DNA from: Bacillota bacterium
GTDB lineage: Bacteria; Bacillota; Clostridia; Acetivibrionales; Acetivibrionaceae
Reading direction: 5' to 3'
DNA length: 64,000 nucleotides
Assembly: GCA_049325575.1 (NCBI GenBank)
Contig: JBMOLK010000188.1
Location: 2,758-66,757 of the forward strand
Under the pieces are notes generated by a model that made no database searches, was not told the DNA's origin, and saw only the letters and a list, made by a program, of their open reading frames with translations. The translations under genes and the position numbers were made by a program. Numbering within the stretch: the first letter of the stretch is position 1; every line of letters starts with the position of its first letter. Shown one piece after another: positions 51,112 to 62,002 of this stretch.

Positions 51112-52247
51112 CAAGAATCCTTATTGCGGACGACTCGACAACAGCCAGAAACCTGTTGAAACGTGCGTTAAAGAATTCCAGTCATCAGGTTGTCTCAGAA
51201 GCAGACAGCGGTGAGAAGGCAATCATTGAATATGGTAAATGCCGCCCTGATATAGTGACTATGGATTGGGATATGCCCGGTATAGGAGGCATTGAGGCTG
51301 CAAAGGGTATTATTGCTATTGACCCTGATGCAAAGATTGTTTTTGTAACAGCCCACGATTGCAATGACTTATTGGAGATTGCCGGACAAAGCAGGTTCAA
51401 ATATATTATAAATAAACCCGTTACCGAAGCTAATGTTTTAGCTGTATTTGAAAAAATACTAAATGATAAAACCCATAATAAAAATAGCATGGAAGATGCC
51501 AAAAGTCAGGAAGTGAAGAATGACACAGCTCTAGAGGATGCTGTAAGCCAAAAAAATGATTCTTTAGAGGAGAGAATACAGGAAAGTGATTGGGGTGCTG
51601 AAGGAGAGCAGGATAAAGAGATTAAAAAAGGTCAAGCTGTAATAATCAGTCATTATTCAAGACTTAAGTGCTTTAAAGGAACTATTGAAGCGATCGGAAG
51701 AAATACCTTGACTCTAAAGACAGAACATGGAATAAGCGTTAATAATTTCTTCGAACATGATTCTATAGTTATAGGATATAAAAGTAAAGACAAATTCTTT
51801 GTTTGTGGATACAGGATACTATCCATGAATACTAAGGACAGAACTATAGATATCCGGTATAATTCATGCTTTGATCTTTCCAGCAGGGCAGCTTCGGGCA
51901 GACTTCCCGTTTCACTATGTGTTGACATTAAAGCAAATAGTCAAAGCAAGAAACTTACTGCTGTAGTAAAGGATCTTGATATTAATAACATGACCATTAG
52001 TTCAGGCACTGAATTGGATACTAAATACAGTCTCGAGTTTTTAATGCCCCTATTTGAAAATCTGGCTAACATAAAAGCAGCGATTATCCAAAAGAATAAT
52101 AGACCGGGATATTTTGATTATGACTTAAAAATTATGCATACAAGTCTTGATAACAAACAAAATGCGGTTAAATGGTATATAAATGCGTTAAAGGAACAGT
52201 ATATAAAGTCTATAGAAGAATTGGACAACAGTACTAATCAGGAGTGA
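51112..52247 (+). CDS. CheY-like receiver protein with uncharacterized C-terminal domain; start codon unclear
   Basis: The in-frame translation after the TAG at 51109 reads QESLIADDSTTARNLLKRAL...DIVTMDWDMPGIGG, a receiver domain. No ATG/GTG/TTG lies before the DD motif (the first TTG is at 51157). Confidence 0.55.
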
Positions 52248-52266
52248 TGCAAACCATATCATATAA

Positions 52267-52290
52267 AAAAGTGACAAAAGTCACTTTTAT
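52267..52290 (+). terminator. rho-independent terminator
   Basis: AAAAGTGAC-AAA-GTCACTTTTATT. Confidence 0.6.
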
Positions 52291-52377
52291 TGTGCATAAA
52301 TATATATATATTTACCAATAAATGCTTTAGTGTTATAATCTTCCTAGAGAATATTTTTTAGGGGAGGTTGTTTTTTT

Positions 52378-53139
52378 ATGAAAAAGAATAAAATGGTATT
52401 ATGCTGCATTTTGACGGCTGTGTTGGTTCTGGTTAATGGAGGACTTTATGGATTTGCACAACCTGTGCAGGAGAGTGGTACCTTGTTTAACGAACTTTCC
52501 GAGCCGGATACCATTATGTTTGGGGATACAAATGGAGACGGCATAGTAAACTCTACGGACTATATACTGGTATCAAGATATATTCTTGGCACTATCAGCA
52601 GCTTTCCATATGATAAGGGCATTATTACAGCAGACACAAATGCAGACGGATTTGTAAATTCAACAGACTCTTCACTTATTAAAAGGTATGTTTTAGATAT
52701 TATTAGTAAGTTTCCGGCTGAAGCCGTAGTTCAAAATATGCCCCAGAAGGTTTTTGAGTTTAACTATACAAACCATGCCTGGGCTTATTATAATAGGGGA
52801 TGGTACATAGACAACAGCGGGAATATCTACTATTACGACTATGCAAAGGAACCAAAAGAGGAAAAGCTTATAGGCAGTATTTCAAAAAAAGAGCTTGTGG
52901 AAAAGTTTTTATATCTTTTAAAAGCTTCTAATAATGAAAAATATGAGTCATATCATAGGGGGTTTGATATGGGAGCTTTGACCTACAAGGGGTATGTGCC
53001 AGGGGCAGCAGTTGGTGAGGAGAAAGAGGTTGTTCTTTTTGTGGATGGTGATTGGGTAGAATACAATACTTGCCCATTTGCAAAGTCTTTGGTGGACTGG
53101 ATGAAAAGCTTGGAAGAGACTTATCCTGAAATTTATTAA
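52378..53139 (+). CDS. cellulosomal dockerin type I protein with small unknown C-terminal domain
   Basis: Signal peptide, then duplicated Ca-binding segments DTNGDGIVNSTDYILVSRYILG and DTNADGFVNSTDSSLIKRYVLD. Confidence 0.85.
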   Translation: MKKNKMVLCCILTAVLVLVNGGLYGFAQPVQESGTLFNELSEPDTIMFGDTNGDGIVNSTDYILVSRYILGTISSFPYDKGIITADTNADGFVNSTDSSLIKRYVLDIISKFPAEAVVQNMPQKVFEFNYTNHAWAYYNRGWYIDNSGNIYYYDYAKEPKEEKLIGSISKKELVEKFLYLLKASNNEKYESYHRGFDMGALTYKGYVPGAAVGEEKEVVLFVDGDWVEYNTCPFAKSLVDWMKSLEETYPEIY

Positions 53140-53248
53140 TTTTTATATAAAACTATGATATAATAACCCTCTGTATATATTAACGGAATTATCACTGATT
53201 CTATAAATAATTTCCAAACTGCCTAATGATACAGGGGGTTATATAAGT

Positions 53249-54316
53249 ATGAGTAAATATTGGAGCGATGTTGTTAAAGAAATCAAGCCCTATGTTCCAG
53301 GTGAACAGCCAAAGGATAAAGTTTATATTAAATTAAATACAAACGAAAACCCATATCCGCCGTCACCATATGTGATTAAGGCTATTGAGAGGGCTGCAAA
53401 TGAAAGCCTAAGGCTGTATCCGGACCCTGCATGTGACAGCCTTAGGTCTGTAATAGCCAGGTATAACAACCTGAAAAAAGAGCAGGTCTTTGTTGGTAAC
53501 GGCTCTGATGAGGTGCTGGCTTTTTCGTTTATGGCCTTTTTTAATCCGGGGGATACCATAGTCTTTCCCGATATTACTTACAGCTTTTATGAAGTATATG
53601 CATCCTTGTTCAGGTTAAACTATAGAAATATACCGCTGAACGAAGATTTTGAACTTCCCGTATCGAAGTTCTTTGGTGAAAGTGACGGTGTAGTTGTTGC
53701 AAATCCTAATGCACCTACCGGAAAGGCTGTATCAGCTAATGATATAAAAAGCATTGCCATAGGGAATATGGATAAGGTTGTTATAGTTGACGAGGCTTAT
53801 ATTGATTTTGGAGGAGAGTCTTCAGTTAAGCTTGTCAATGAGTATCCAAATGTACTGGTCATCCAGACCTTGTCAAAATCCCGCTCCCTGGCAGGACTTA
53901 GGTTAGGCTTTGCCATAGGACATGAAGATTTGATCGAAGGTCTTTTGCGTATAAAGAACTCCATAAACTCATATACTTTAGACCGCATTGCTCTTGCGGG
54001 AGCAGAACAGGCATTCTTGGATGAAGCCTACTTCAAGGAGAACGTATCGAAAATTATAAATACAAGAGAAACAATAACTGAAAAACTAAGGTGTTTAGGA
54101 TTTTATGTGCTGGATTCAAAAGCAAATTTCATATTCATAAGTCACCCAAATGTAAGTGCTGAAAAGCTTTTTTGGCTGCTTAGAGAAAACAATATCCTGG
54201 TTCGCCACTTCCATAAACCAAGGATTGACAACTACCTAAGGGTCAGTATTGGTACAGATGAAGAAATGGACTATTTCCATAAGGTTGTAAAAAACATTCT
54301 AAAGAATATGACATAG
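53249..54316 (+). CDS. hisC: histidinol-phosphate aminotransferase
   Basis: IKLNTNENPYPPSP and a PLP-lysine region SKS. Confidence 0.9.
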   Translation: MSKYWSDVVKEIKPYVPGEQPKDKVYIKLNTNENPYPPSPYVIKAIERAANESLRLYPDPACDSLRSVIARYNNLKKEQVFVGNGSDEVLAFSFMAFFNPGDTIVFPDITYSFYEVYASLFRLNYRNIPLNEDFELPVSKFFGESDGVVVANPNAPTGKAVSANDIKSIAIGNMDKVVIVDEAYIDFGGESSVKLVNEYPNVLVIQTLSKSRSLAGLRLGFAIGHEDLIEGLLRIKNSINSYTLDRIALAGAEQAFLDEAYFKENVSKIINTRETITEKLRCLGFYVLDSKANFIFISHPNVSAEKLFWLLRENNILVRHFHKPRIDNYLRVSIGTDEEMDYFHKVVKNILKNMT

Positions 54317-54788
54317 ATTATATTTACCACACTACCTACCGGTAAGAGAGTCAATTATTACAGTTGGTTTTTTTATCTTCATAAAATCTTCATAAAAGTG
54401 TTCTAGAATAATAATGAAAGATATTTCACTTTATGTATCATGTATGAGGTGATAATTTGGTTAAGTTTTGGGCAAGACTTAAGGCTGCAGTTCAAAATTA
54501 TCTTGAGAAAATGGCAAAGGAAAATGAAAAAGCCTTTGGAAACGGTAAGCTGGACTGCTGCAGCTTAAATAAGCCGGACAGTGATAAGTAGTCTATATAT
54601 TGACACTATGCTTCTCCCTTGTTTAGTTGATATATTTCCCCATAACTTGCAGGTAATATAAAGTTATGGGGTATTTGCTTGTTTCTTTATAGTATAAAGG
54701 ATATAAATTGATTTTATGTTAAATTTTTTATATATATAATGAAATAATAAACAGGTATACTTGACTTTAATAATAAGGAGGCGAAAAC

Positions 54789-55490
54789 ATGGTTAATAAC
54801 AGTAAAAAAATTCTCGTAGTGGATGATGAAGAGAAAATTGTTGATGTTGTCAAATCATATCTTCAACATGCCGGTTTTACTGTTTTTGTAGCCTATGACG
54901 GGAGGCAGGCTCTGGAAGAATTTGAAAGATTGAATCCGTCATTGTTAATACTGGACCTTATGCTTCCCGATATTACAGGTGAAGAAATATGTAAACTTCT
55001 TAGAAAAAAGTCCAGGGTACCTATAATAATGTTAACGGCAAAGGTTGAAGAAGAGGATATTCTAAAAGGCCTTGATATAGGTGCTGATGATTATATAACA
55101 AAACCATTTAGTCCAAAACAGCTGGTGGCAAGAGTAATAGCACTTTTAAGAAGGTCGGCTGACAATGCCGGGCTTCTTTCAAATATCATTGCTTTTAATG
55201 ATAATGATCTTGTCATAGATTCTTTAAAATTTGAAGTTAAGAAAAAGGGGGAAATTCTGAATCTTACCCCTAATGAGTATAAAATTTTAACAACACTAGT
55301 GAAATACCCCTCCAAGGTTTTTACCAGGGATGAACTTGTATCACTGGCATTAGGAGATGATTTTGATGGGTTTGACAGGACAATAGATACACATATAAAG
55401 AATTTGAGGTATAAGATAGAAACCAACCCTAAAAGTCCACAGTATATTGTTACTGTACATGGGGTTGGTTATAGATTCGGTGGTGATTAG
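54789..55490 (+). CDS. OmpR-family response regulator
   Basis: KILVVDDE...ILDLMLPD receiver and a C-terminal winged helix (YRFGG). Confidence 0.9.
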   Translation: MVNNSKKILVVDDEEKIVDVVKSYLQHAGFTVFVAYDGRQALEEFERLNPSLLILDLMLPDITGEEICKLLRKKSRVPIIMLTAKVEEEDILKGLDIGADDYITKPFSPKQLVARVIALLRRSADNAGLLSNIIAFNDNDLVIDSLKFEVKKKGEILNLTPNEYKILTTLVKYPSKVFTRDELVSLALGDDFDGFDRTIDTHIKNLRYKIETNPKSPQYIVTVHGVGYRFGGD

Positions 55491-56886
55491 AGTGAAATAC
55501 GGACTAAAAACAAAACTATCTCTCTCATATGTTTTGGTATCACTGATTTCTGTTATTTTAATCATAATTCTTATTAACTTCCTGTTTGAAAGGCAGTTTG
55601 GGGAGTATATAAAGAAAAATCAGGATATGCAGAATAAAAAGATTGTAGAGAGATTGGGTCAGCTGTACCTGGGGGACGGAAAATGGGACGAGGAATCAAT
55701 TGAGGATATAGGTGTTAACGCACTGGAGAGCGGTCTAATTATAAAAATCAGGGATATATCAGGCAATGTTATTTGGGATGCAACGGTTCACAATAACGGT
55801 ATGTGCCAAAGAATAATTGAGCAAATGGCGCAGAATATGAACAGTAAGTATCCTTTCCTGAACGGAGGGTACAAGGAAGAACCCTTTAATGTTGTTCGTG
55901 GATTGAACAAAGTGGGGTATGTAGATATAGGTTATTATGGCCCCTTTTATCTCACAGAGAACGACCTGGCCTTTATAAATACCCTTAACAAGTTTATAAT
56001 CGGGGCAGGTATATTTTCTCTGATGCTTGCTCTTGTAATAGGAAATGTAATGGCTAAAAGGCTTAGTAAACCTATAACAAGGGTAACGAATACTGCAGAA
56101 ATGATTTCCAAAGGTCACCTGGAAGAGAGAATAGATTTTAGTTCAAACACTCGTGAGATAATCCAGCTCACCGCATCTGTCAACAATCTGGCAGATACGC
56201 TGGAAAAGCAGGAGAAGCTAAGGAAGAGATTGACTGCTGATGTAGCTCATGAACTTAGAACCCCGCTGTCAACACTCCAGAGTCATATGGAGGCTATGAT
56301 TGACGGGATATGGGAGGCTGACTCCGAGAGACTCAAAAGCTGCCATGAAGAGATATTAAGGATCAGCAAGCTGGTTGGTGACCTGGAAAGACTTGCAAAG
56401 TTTGAGGGCGAAAACCTTATACTGGATAAGACAAAGTTTGACTTAAATGAGCAGATAGGGAGAATAATAAGAAACTTCCAAAGCGACTTTATTAATAAAG
56501 GAGTAGATTTAAGCTATAACGGTGATAAGGAAAACATATTTGCAGATAAGGATAAAATCAGTCAGGTAGTGGTTAATTTACTGTCAAATGCATTAAAGTA
56601 TACGCCCGAAGGCGGAAGGGTTGAAGTTACTATAAAGGGCAACCAGGACATAACAGAGATATGTATAAAGGATACGGGAAGCGGTATCCAGGTAGAGGAT
56701 CTGCCTTATATTTTCGAAAGGTTTTATCGTGCAGATAAATCACGGAACAGACTGACGGGAGGATTTGGAATAGGTCTTACCATAGCAAAGGCAATAGTGG
56801 AAGCACATAATGGAAAGATCAAGGTTAGAAGTGAAGTAGATAAAGGTACAGAATTTGTAGTATCCTTACCAAAGCAGATGGAATAG
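55447..56886 (+). CDS. sensor histidine kinase (2 TM, HAMP, HisKA, HATPase_c)
   Basis: HELRTPLS H-box and N/G1/G2 boxes (NLLSNALKYT, DTGSGI, GGFGIGL). A real start near 55493 (GTG, after the response-regulator stop) is more likely. Confidence 0.9.
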   Translation: MLLYMGLVIDSVVIRVKYGLKTKLSLSYVLVSLISVILIIILINFLFERQFGEYIKKNQDMQNKKIVERLGQLYLGDGKWDEESIEDIGVNALESGLIIKIRDISGNVIWDATVHNNGMCQRIIEQMAQNMNSKYPFLNGGYKEEPFNVVRGLNKVGYVDIGYYGPFYLTENDLAFINTLNKFIIGAGIFSLMLALVIGNVMAKRLSKPITRVTNTAEMISKGHLEERIDFSSNTREIIQLTASVNNLADTLEKQEKLRKRLTADVAHELRTPLSTLQSHMEAMIDGIWEADSERLKSCHEEILRISKLVGDLERLAKFEGENLILDKTKFDLNEQIGRIIRNFQSDFINKGVDLSYNGDKENIFADKDKISQVVVNLLSNALKYTPEGGRVEVTIKGNQDITEICIKDTGSGIQVEDLPYIFERFYRADKSRNRLTGGFGIGLTIAKAIVEAHNGKIKVRSEVDKGTEFVVSLPKQME

Positions 56887-57004
56887 GCCATCTGCTTTGG
56901 CCACTTATGAAAAATTCACTTGTTTCTAAAAATATAACAGCTATTTTTGTCCGTCTACATATTTTCTTCATAAATATTTGCTATTTTAATATTAACGTAA
57001 ATTT

Positions 57005-57562
57005 ATGAAAGGTGGATTATTAATGGGTAATAAAAAGAGGGTTAACGGGAAAAAGACTCAGACTAAACCAAAGTCAGACAAAAAAATTTATGTGGTTCTT
57101 TCAGCAGTTATACTTACTGTTGTATTTTCTGCAGTAGTCTATTTTGCAAGAGGGGGATCCGATGATAATGGCTCCGGCGCATCATCAGGTGGGGATTTGG
57201 TTATACCAAAGAGTGAAATAACCGAAACAGCCAAGTTCTATTCTTATAAGGCTGGAAAAACAAATATGGAAGTATTAGCTATAAAAGCCAGTGATGGTAC
57301 TATAAGAACAGCATTTAATACATGCCAGGTATGCTATGACTCTGGAAGGGGTTATTATGTACAGGATGGAAACGAAGTAGTGTGCCAGAACTGTGGAAAC
57401 AGGTTTAAGAATGACAAGATTGAAGTGGTTAAAGGCGGATGCAACCCTGTACCAATATTTAAGGAAAACAAGGTTGATGACGGTGAGAACATAATAATTA
57501 AAAAAGAATTCCTTGAACAGGATGAGTATAAAACTCTTTTCAGTAATTGGAAAAAGTCGTAA
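57005..57562 (+). CDS. membrane-anchored Cys-rich protein (two CxxC pairs)
   Basis: N-terminal TM, then CQVCYD...CQNCGNRF. Confidence 0.35.
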   Translation: MKGGLLMGNKKRVNGKKTQTKPKSDKKIYVVLSAVILTVVFSAVVYFARGGSDDNGSGASSGGDLVIPKSEITETAKFYSYKAGKTNMEVLAIKASDGTIRTAFNTCQVCYDSGRGYYVQDGNEVVCQNCGNRFKNDKIEVVKGGCNPVPIFKENKVDDGENIIIKKEFLEQDEYKTLFSNWKKS

Positions 57563-57620
57563 TAAAGGTGAAATTTAATATAAAACTAAAAGCATAAGTT
57601 CTGAAGTAACCAGGAGAGAT

Positions 57621-57650
57621 AAAAGGAGGCAATAGACCTCCTTTTATCTT
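57621..57650 (+). terminator. rho-independent terminator
   Basis: AAAAGGAGGC-AATAGA-CCTCCTTTTATCTTTTG. Confidence 0.7.
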
Positions 57651-58004
57651 TTGATAAGTACATTTGTAAGTCCTTATAATATCTGTAGCTGTCAAATCCG
57701 CTGCAGAAGCAGGACAAATTCATTACCGAACTGAAACCAAAACCCCTTTCAGACATTAAATATACCTCAAGTTTGATAATTTGACTTGAATGAACCAAGA
57801 ATTGTGTGTTTATCAAATATACCTCCTAATAAACCCCCTTTTAGCCATTGTATTTAAAACCTCCTTATTAAAATATTTTTATGAAGCGCTTAATCTAATA
57901 ACATAATATTAACAAGGTAAAAAATGTGTTACTCAAATGGAAAAATTTCAAACTTATAAAGATTGACATATATTAATATGATGTAGTAATATAATGGTAT
58001 AAAA

Positions 58005-58025
58005 CATATAGGAATACTAGGAATT
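58005..58025 (+). promoter_or_regulatory. CymR-type operator (CATATAGGAATACTAGGAATT) between promoter (TTGACA 57963-57968) and the Rrf2 gene: autoregulation
   Basis: Tandem ATAGGAAT/CTAGGAAT cores. Confidence 0.5.
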
Positions 58026-58040
58026 GAGAGAGGTGGAAAT

Positions 58041-58488
58041 TATGCGTATTTCAACAAAGGGAAGATATGGTTTAAGGGCGATGTTGGACCTCGCAATCAA
58101 TTCCCATGGTGACCATGTACCGCTAAAAAGCATAGCTGAAAGGCAGGATGTTTCAGAGAGTTATATGGAACAGGTTTTTTCCGCACTTAGAAAAGCTGGA
58201 TTGGTTAAAAGTGTTAAGGGCCCACAGGGGGGATATATCCTGGCAGTCAATCCTTCAAATATAACAATAGGCGATATTTTAAGAGTTTTAGAAGGAACCT
58301 TGTCGGTAGTTGATGAAAACAATGAAGAGGCAGCCAGAAATAACGATGTTGAACGTTGTCTGACTGAAAAAGTTTGGAATTTGATAAATGAAAGTATTAA
58401 CGGTATTGTTGACTCCATAACATTGGAAGATTTGATGCAGGAGTACAAAAAGATGAATAACAATAAAGCTATTATGTATTACATTTAA
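58041..58488 (+). CDS. cymR: Rrf2-family repressor, CymR-like (no IscR-type Cys triad)
   Basis: MRISTKGRYGLRAMLDLA HTH and only one Cys in the C-terminal half. The ORF track starts at 58024; 58041 has a GAGAGGTGG RBS. Confidence 0.65.
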
Positions 58489-58549
58489 CTTTTTTGAGAA
58501 GATCTATAAAACTATAGGAATAATGTTGATTATGGGGGTGGAGCCTTTT

Positions 58550-59704
58550 ATGCCGAACAATTCAAAACACATTGATACAAAACTGGTTCATGGTAGTAAA
58601 GGATTTGATACTGTAACCGGCGCAGTAAGTTTTCCTATTTATCAGAGTGCTACTTTCAGGCATCCGGGTCTCAATCAAACAACCGGATATGATTATTCCA
58701 GGCTTCAGAACCCTACGAGAGAAGAGTTGGAAAATACTGTAGCAGCTCTTGAAAGTGGGTGCTTTGGTTTTGCTTTTACAAGTGGAATGGCTGCAGTTTC
58801 AACAATTCTTTCACTTTTCTCACCGGGTGACCATATAATTGTATCAAACGACCTGTACGGAGGAACTTACAGGCTTTTTGAGGAAATATACAAAAAGTAC
58901 GGATTGGAATTTTCGTATATTGATACATGCTGCATCGAAAAAACTGTAGAAAATATAAGGAGCAATACCAAGGCTGTTTTTATAGAAACTCCTTCAAATC
59001 CCATGATGAAGGTATGTGATATTAAGGCAACTTCAGAGGCTGCAAAATCAAAAGGAATACTGACTATTGTAGATAATACCTTTCTGACTCCATATTTTCA
59101 AAGACCCCTTGAGCTTGGGGCTGACATTGTTGTACACAGCGGAACCAAGTACCTGGGAGGCCATAACGATACTCTTGCAGGCTTTTTGGTTGTAAACGAC
59201 GAAGGTTTGTCAGAGAGTATAAAGCTTGTTCAAAAATCTGCAGGTGCTGTATTACCACCTTTTGACAGCTGGCTAATTCTAAGAGGGATAAAGACTTTGG
59301 GAGTAAGACTTGAAAAGCAGCAAGAAAATGCTATGATAATATCTAAATGGCTTAAGGAAAATAAAAATATAGAGAAGGTTTACTACATTGGTCTTTGTGA
59401 CCATGAGGGCTATGAAATATCCAAAAGACAGGCATCAGGCTTTGGAGCTATGATTTCCTTTACTGTTAAGGACAAGGGAATGGTTCATAGGATTTTAGAC
59501 AGTGTAAAAGTAATAGCTTTTGCAGAGAGCCTTGGCGGAGTAGAGAGTCTTATAACCTATCCTATAGTACAGACTCATTCGGCAATACCGGAAAGTATGA
59601 GGGAGGCTATAGGTGTTAATGAAAGGCTTTTAAGGTTATCTGTAGGTATTGAAGCTGCCGAAGACTTGATTTATGATCTGGAGCAGGCCATGGGGATAGT
59701 ATAG
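58550..59704 (+). CDS. cystathionine gamma-synthase/beta-lyase family PLP enzyme
   Basis: Cys/Met-metabolism PLP fold with SGTKYLGGH PLP-lysine. A CymR-like box at 58512-58524 overlaps the annotated 58523 start, so 58550 (MPNNSKH, with a GGGGGTGGAG RBS) is preferred. Confidence 0.8.
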   Translation: MPNNSKHIDTKLVHGSKGFDTVTGAVSFPIYQSATFRHPGLNQTTGYDYSRLQNPTREELENTVAALESGCFGFAFTSGMAAVSTILSLFSPGDHIIVSNDLYGGTYRLFEEIYKKYGLEFSYIDTCCIEKTVENIRSNTKAVFIETPSNPMMKVCDIKATSEAAKSKGILTIVDNTFLTPYFQRPLELGADIVVHSGTKYLGGHNDTLAGFLVVNDEGLSESIKLVQKSAGAVLPPFDSWLILRGIKTLGVRLEKQQENAMIISKWLKENKNIEKVYYIGLCDHEGYEISKRQASGFGAMISFTVKDKGMVHRILDSVKVIAFAESLGGVESLITYPIVQTHSAIPESMREAIGVNERLLRLSVGIEAAEDLIYDLEQAMGIV

Positions 59705-59718
59705 AGGAGGTGGAATAA

Positions 59719-60858
59719 ATGAAATTCGGAACTAAACTTATCCACAGCAATAACTCAATCGATAAGCATACAGGAGCGTTAAGCATACCTATTTACCAGG
59801 TTTCAACCTATCATCAGTTTGATATTGAAAAAGGAAATGAATTTGACTATTCAAGGTCCGGGAATCCTACCAGGAAAGCATTGGAGGAGACAATAGCACT
59901 ATTGGAAGGCGGAGATAAAGGCTATGCATTTTCATCGGGAATGGCTGCAACTTCTTCAGTATTGTCAATATTTTCCAAAGGGGATCATATATTGGTCTGT
60001 GAAGATGTATATGGTGGAACTTACAGGGTAAGCACAAACTTTTTTCCAAGGTTTGGTCTTGAAATAGAGTTCTTTAATGCTGCTGACACTGATGAATTTA
60101 AAGGGAAGATAAAAAGCAATACCCGGGCAGTGTTTTTGGAGACCCCTTCAAATCCATTAATGAAAATAACTGACCTTAAAGGTATTATCAAAGCTGCAAA
60201 AGAACATGGTTTAACCGTTATAGTTGATAACACCTTTATGTCTCCATATTTGCAAAGACCTATAGAACTCGGGGCAGATATAGTTATACACAGTGCAACG
60301 AAATTTATAGGCGGGCACAGTGATGTTGTGGGCGGACTTGTGGTTGTAAAGGGAGAAGAACTTTCTAAAAAAGTATATTCAATTCAAAACGGATTTGGTG
60401 CAATATTGGGGCCGCAGGACAGTTGGCTCCTGCTTAGGGGAATTAAAACACTAAAGGTAAGGATGGATTTTCAGCAGCAAAATGCTATGAAGCTTGCAAG
60501 CTGGCTTTCAGAAAACAGGAAGGTTTTAAAGGTGTTCTATCCAGGGCTTAACAGCCATGAGGGCAAAGAAGTTCACCTTTCCCAGGCTGATGGGGCGGGT
60601 GCTGTTTTATCGTTTCTGACAAAGGATACCGCTACAGCAAAAGGCTTTATGAGAAGTGTAAAAACAGCTGCTGTTGCTGTAAGTCTTGGAGGAGTAGAGA
60701 CTATTGTTTCATACCCTGTTAAGATGTCCCATGCTGCCATGCCTAAGGATGAAAGAGAAAAACATGGGATTACGGAAAACCTTATAAGGGTTTCAGTTGG
60801 ACTAGAGGAAGTAGATGATCTGATCTATGACTTTGATAAAGCACTTAATGCTGATTAA
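59719..60858 (+). CDS. cystathionine beta-lyase/gamma-lyase family PLP enzyme (paralog of the upstream gene)
   Basis: SATKFIGGH PLP-lysine. Confidence 0.8.
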   Translation: MKFGTKLIHSNNSIDKHTGALSIPIYQVSTYHQFDIEKGNEFDYSRSGNPTRKALEETIALLEGGDKGYAFSSGMAATSSVLSIFSKGDHILVCEDVYGGTYRVSTNFFPRFGLEIEFFNAADTDEFKGKIKSNTRAVFLETPSNPLMKITDLKGIIKAAKEHGLTVIVDNTFMSPYLQRPIELGADIVIHSATKFIGGHSDVVGGLVVVKGEELSKKVYSIQNGFGAILGPQDSWLLLRGIKTLKVRMDFQQQNAMKLASWLSENRKVLKVFYPGLNSHEGKEVHLSQADGAGAVLSFLTKDTATAKGFMRSVKTAAVAVSLGGVETIVSYPVKMSHAAMPKDEREKHGITENLIRVSVGLEEVDDLIYDFDKALNAD

Positions 60859-60883
60859 TTTTTTTAGCATAAATCCTACTAAA

Positions 60884-60983
60884 CCTATAGGAATTTAATA
60901 AAATATTTTTAAAAACCTATTGACAAAAAATGCATAACATATTAAAATTATAATAACCCATAAAACATATAAGAATACTGGGT
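60884..60983 (+). promoter_or_regulatory. duplicated promoter-operator module (CymR box, TTGACA 60920-60925, TAAAAT 60943-60948, second box 60966-60983)
   Basis: Near-identical in layout and sequence to 1356-1457. Confidence 0.55.
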
Positions 60984-61057
60984 ATTAAAAAAATAATTTA
61001 CAGACGCAATTATTGGGTATAATATAACAACAGATATTAAATGAACGGAGTGATTAT

Positions 61058-61993
61058 ATGAGTAAGATTGCAAAAAATCTGACCGATCTTATCGGGAATA
61101 CGCCTCTTTTGGAACTGACAAACTATAACAAAAGTAATGGCATTGAGTCCAGACTTATTGCAAAGCTTGAGTATTTTAATCCTGCGGGAAGTGTAAAGGA
61201 CAGGATAGGATATGCAATGATTAAGGATGCAGAAGAAAAAGGACTTTTAAATAAAGATTCAGTGATTATTGAGCCTACCAGCGGCAATACAGGTATAGCA
61301 CTGGCATTTGTTTCGGCAGCAAAAGGATACAGACTAATACTGACCATGCCGGATACGATGAGTATTGAAAGAAGAAATCTTTTAAAAGCTCTTGGAGCTG
61401 AACTTGTGCTTACACCTGGGAGTGAAGGTATGAAAGGTGCTATTAAAAAAGCTGAAGAGCTTGCAGAAGAGACACCTAATTCATTTGTCCCACAGCAGTT
61501 TAAGAACCCGGCAAATCCACAGATCCACAGGGTAACAACAGCTGAAGAAATCTTTAGAGATACCGATGGAGAGATTGATATATTTGTTGGCGGTGTCGGG
61601 ACAGGTGGTACAATTACTGGAGTAGGTGAAGTACTAAAACAAAAGAAGCCTTCTGTTAAAATCATAGCAGTAGAACCTTTTGATTCACCGGTACTTTCCG
61701 GAGGCAAGGCAGGCCCGCACAAGATACAGGGAATAGGGGCAGGCTTTGTACCCGACATATATAATACAGATGTGGCAGATGAGATTTTTAAGGTAAAGAA
61801 TGAAGATGCCTTCGAGACATCCAGAAAACTTGCAAAAGCTGAAGGGTTGCTTGTCGGTATATCTTCCGGAGCAGCAGCCTTTGCTGCAACCGAAATAGCA
61901 AAAAGACCTGAAAATAAGGGTAAGACAATAGTTGTACTGCTTCCCGATACAGGCGAAAGATATCTATCCACAGTTCTATATCAGGAATCCTAA
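61058..61993 (+). CDS. cysK: cysteine synthase A (O-acetylserine sulfhydrylase)
   Basis: SVKDR PLP-lysine, [12 protein letters not shown], and a [10 protein letters not shown] loop. Confidence 0.9.
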   Translation: MSKIAKNLTDLIGNTPLLELTNYNKSNGIESRLIAKLEYFNPAGSVKDRIGYAMIKDAEEKGLLNKDSVIIEPTSGNTGIALAFVSAAKGYRLILTMPDTMSIERRNLLKALGAELVLTPGSEGMKGAIKKAEELAEETPNSFVPQQFKNPANPQIHRVTTAEEIFRDTDGEIDIFVGGVGTGGTITGVGEVLKQKKPSVKIIAVEPFDSPVLSGGKAGPHKIQGIGAGFVPDIYNTDVADEIFKVKNEDAFETSRKLAKAEGLLVGISSGAAAFAATEIAKRPENKGKTIVVLLPDTGERYLSTVLYQES

Positions 61994-62002
61994 CGAACAT
62001 AA

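Noticed and set aside
54375-54397. Tandem ATCTTCATAAAA x2 in the hisC-TCS intergenic region
   Set aside because: Only two short copies in AT-rich DNA. This could be a chance or minor operator and is not enough to call.
54454-54591. 45-aa TTG-initiated ORF (VKFWARLKAAVQNYLEKMAKENEKAFGNGKLDCCSLNKPDSDK)
   Set aside because: Short, no clear RBS, no homology recognised. Noted as a possible small protein only.
304-62000. Numerous 60-190 aa antisense ORFs inside the large + strand genes (e.g. 44065-44616, 44657-45232, 61123-61971)
   Set aside because: They are shadow ORFs opposite well-supported genes, and their translations are low-complexity.
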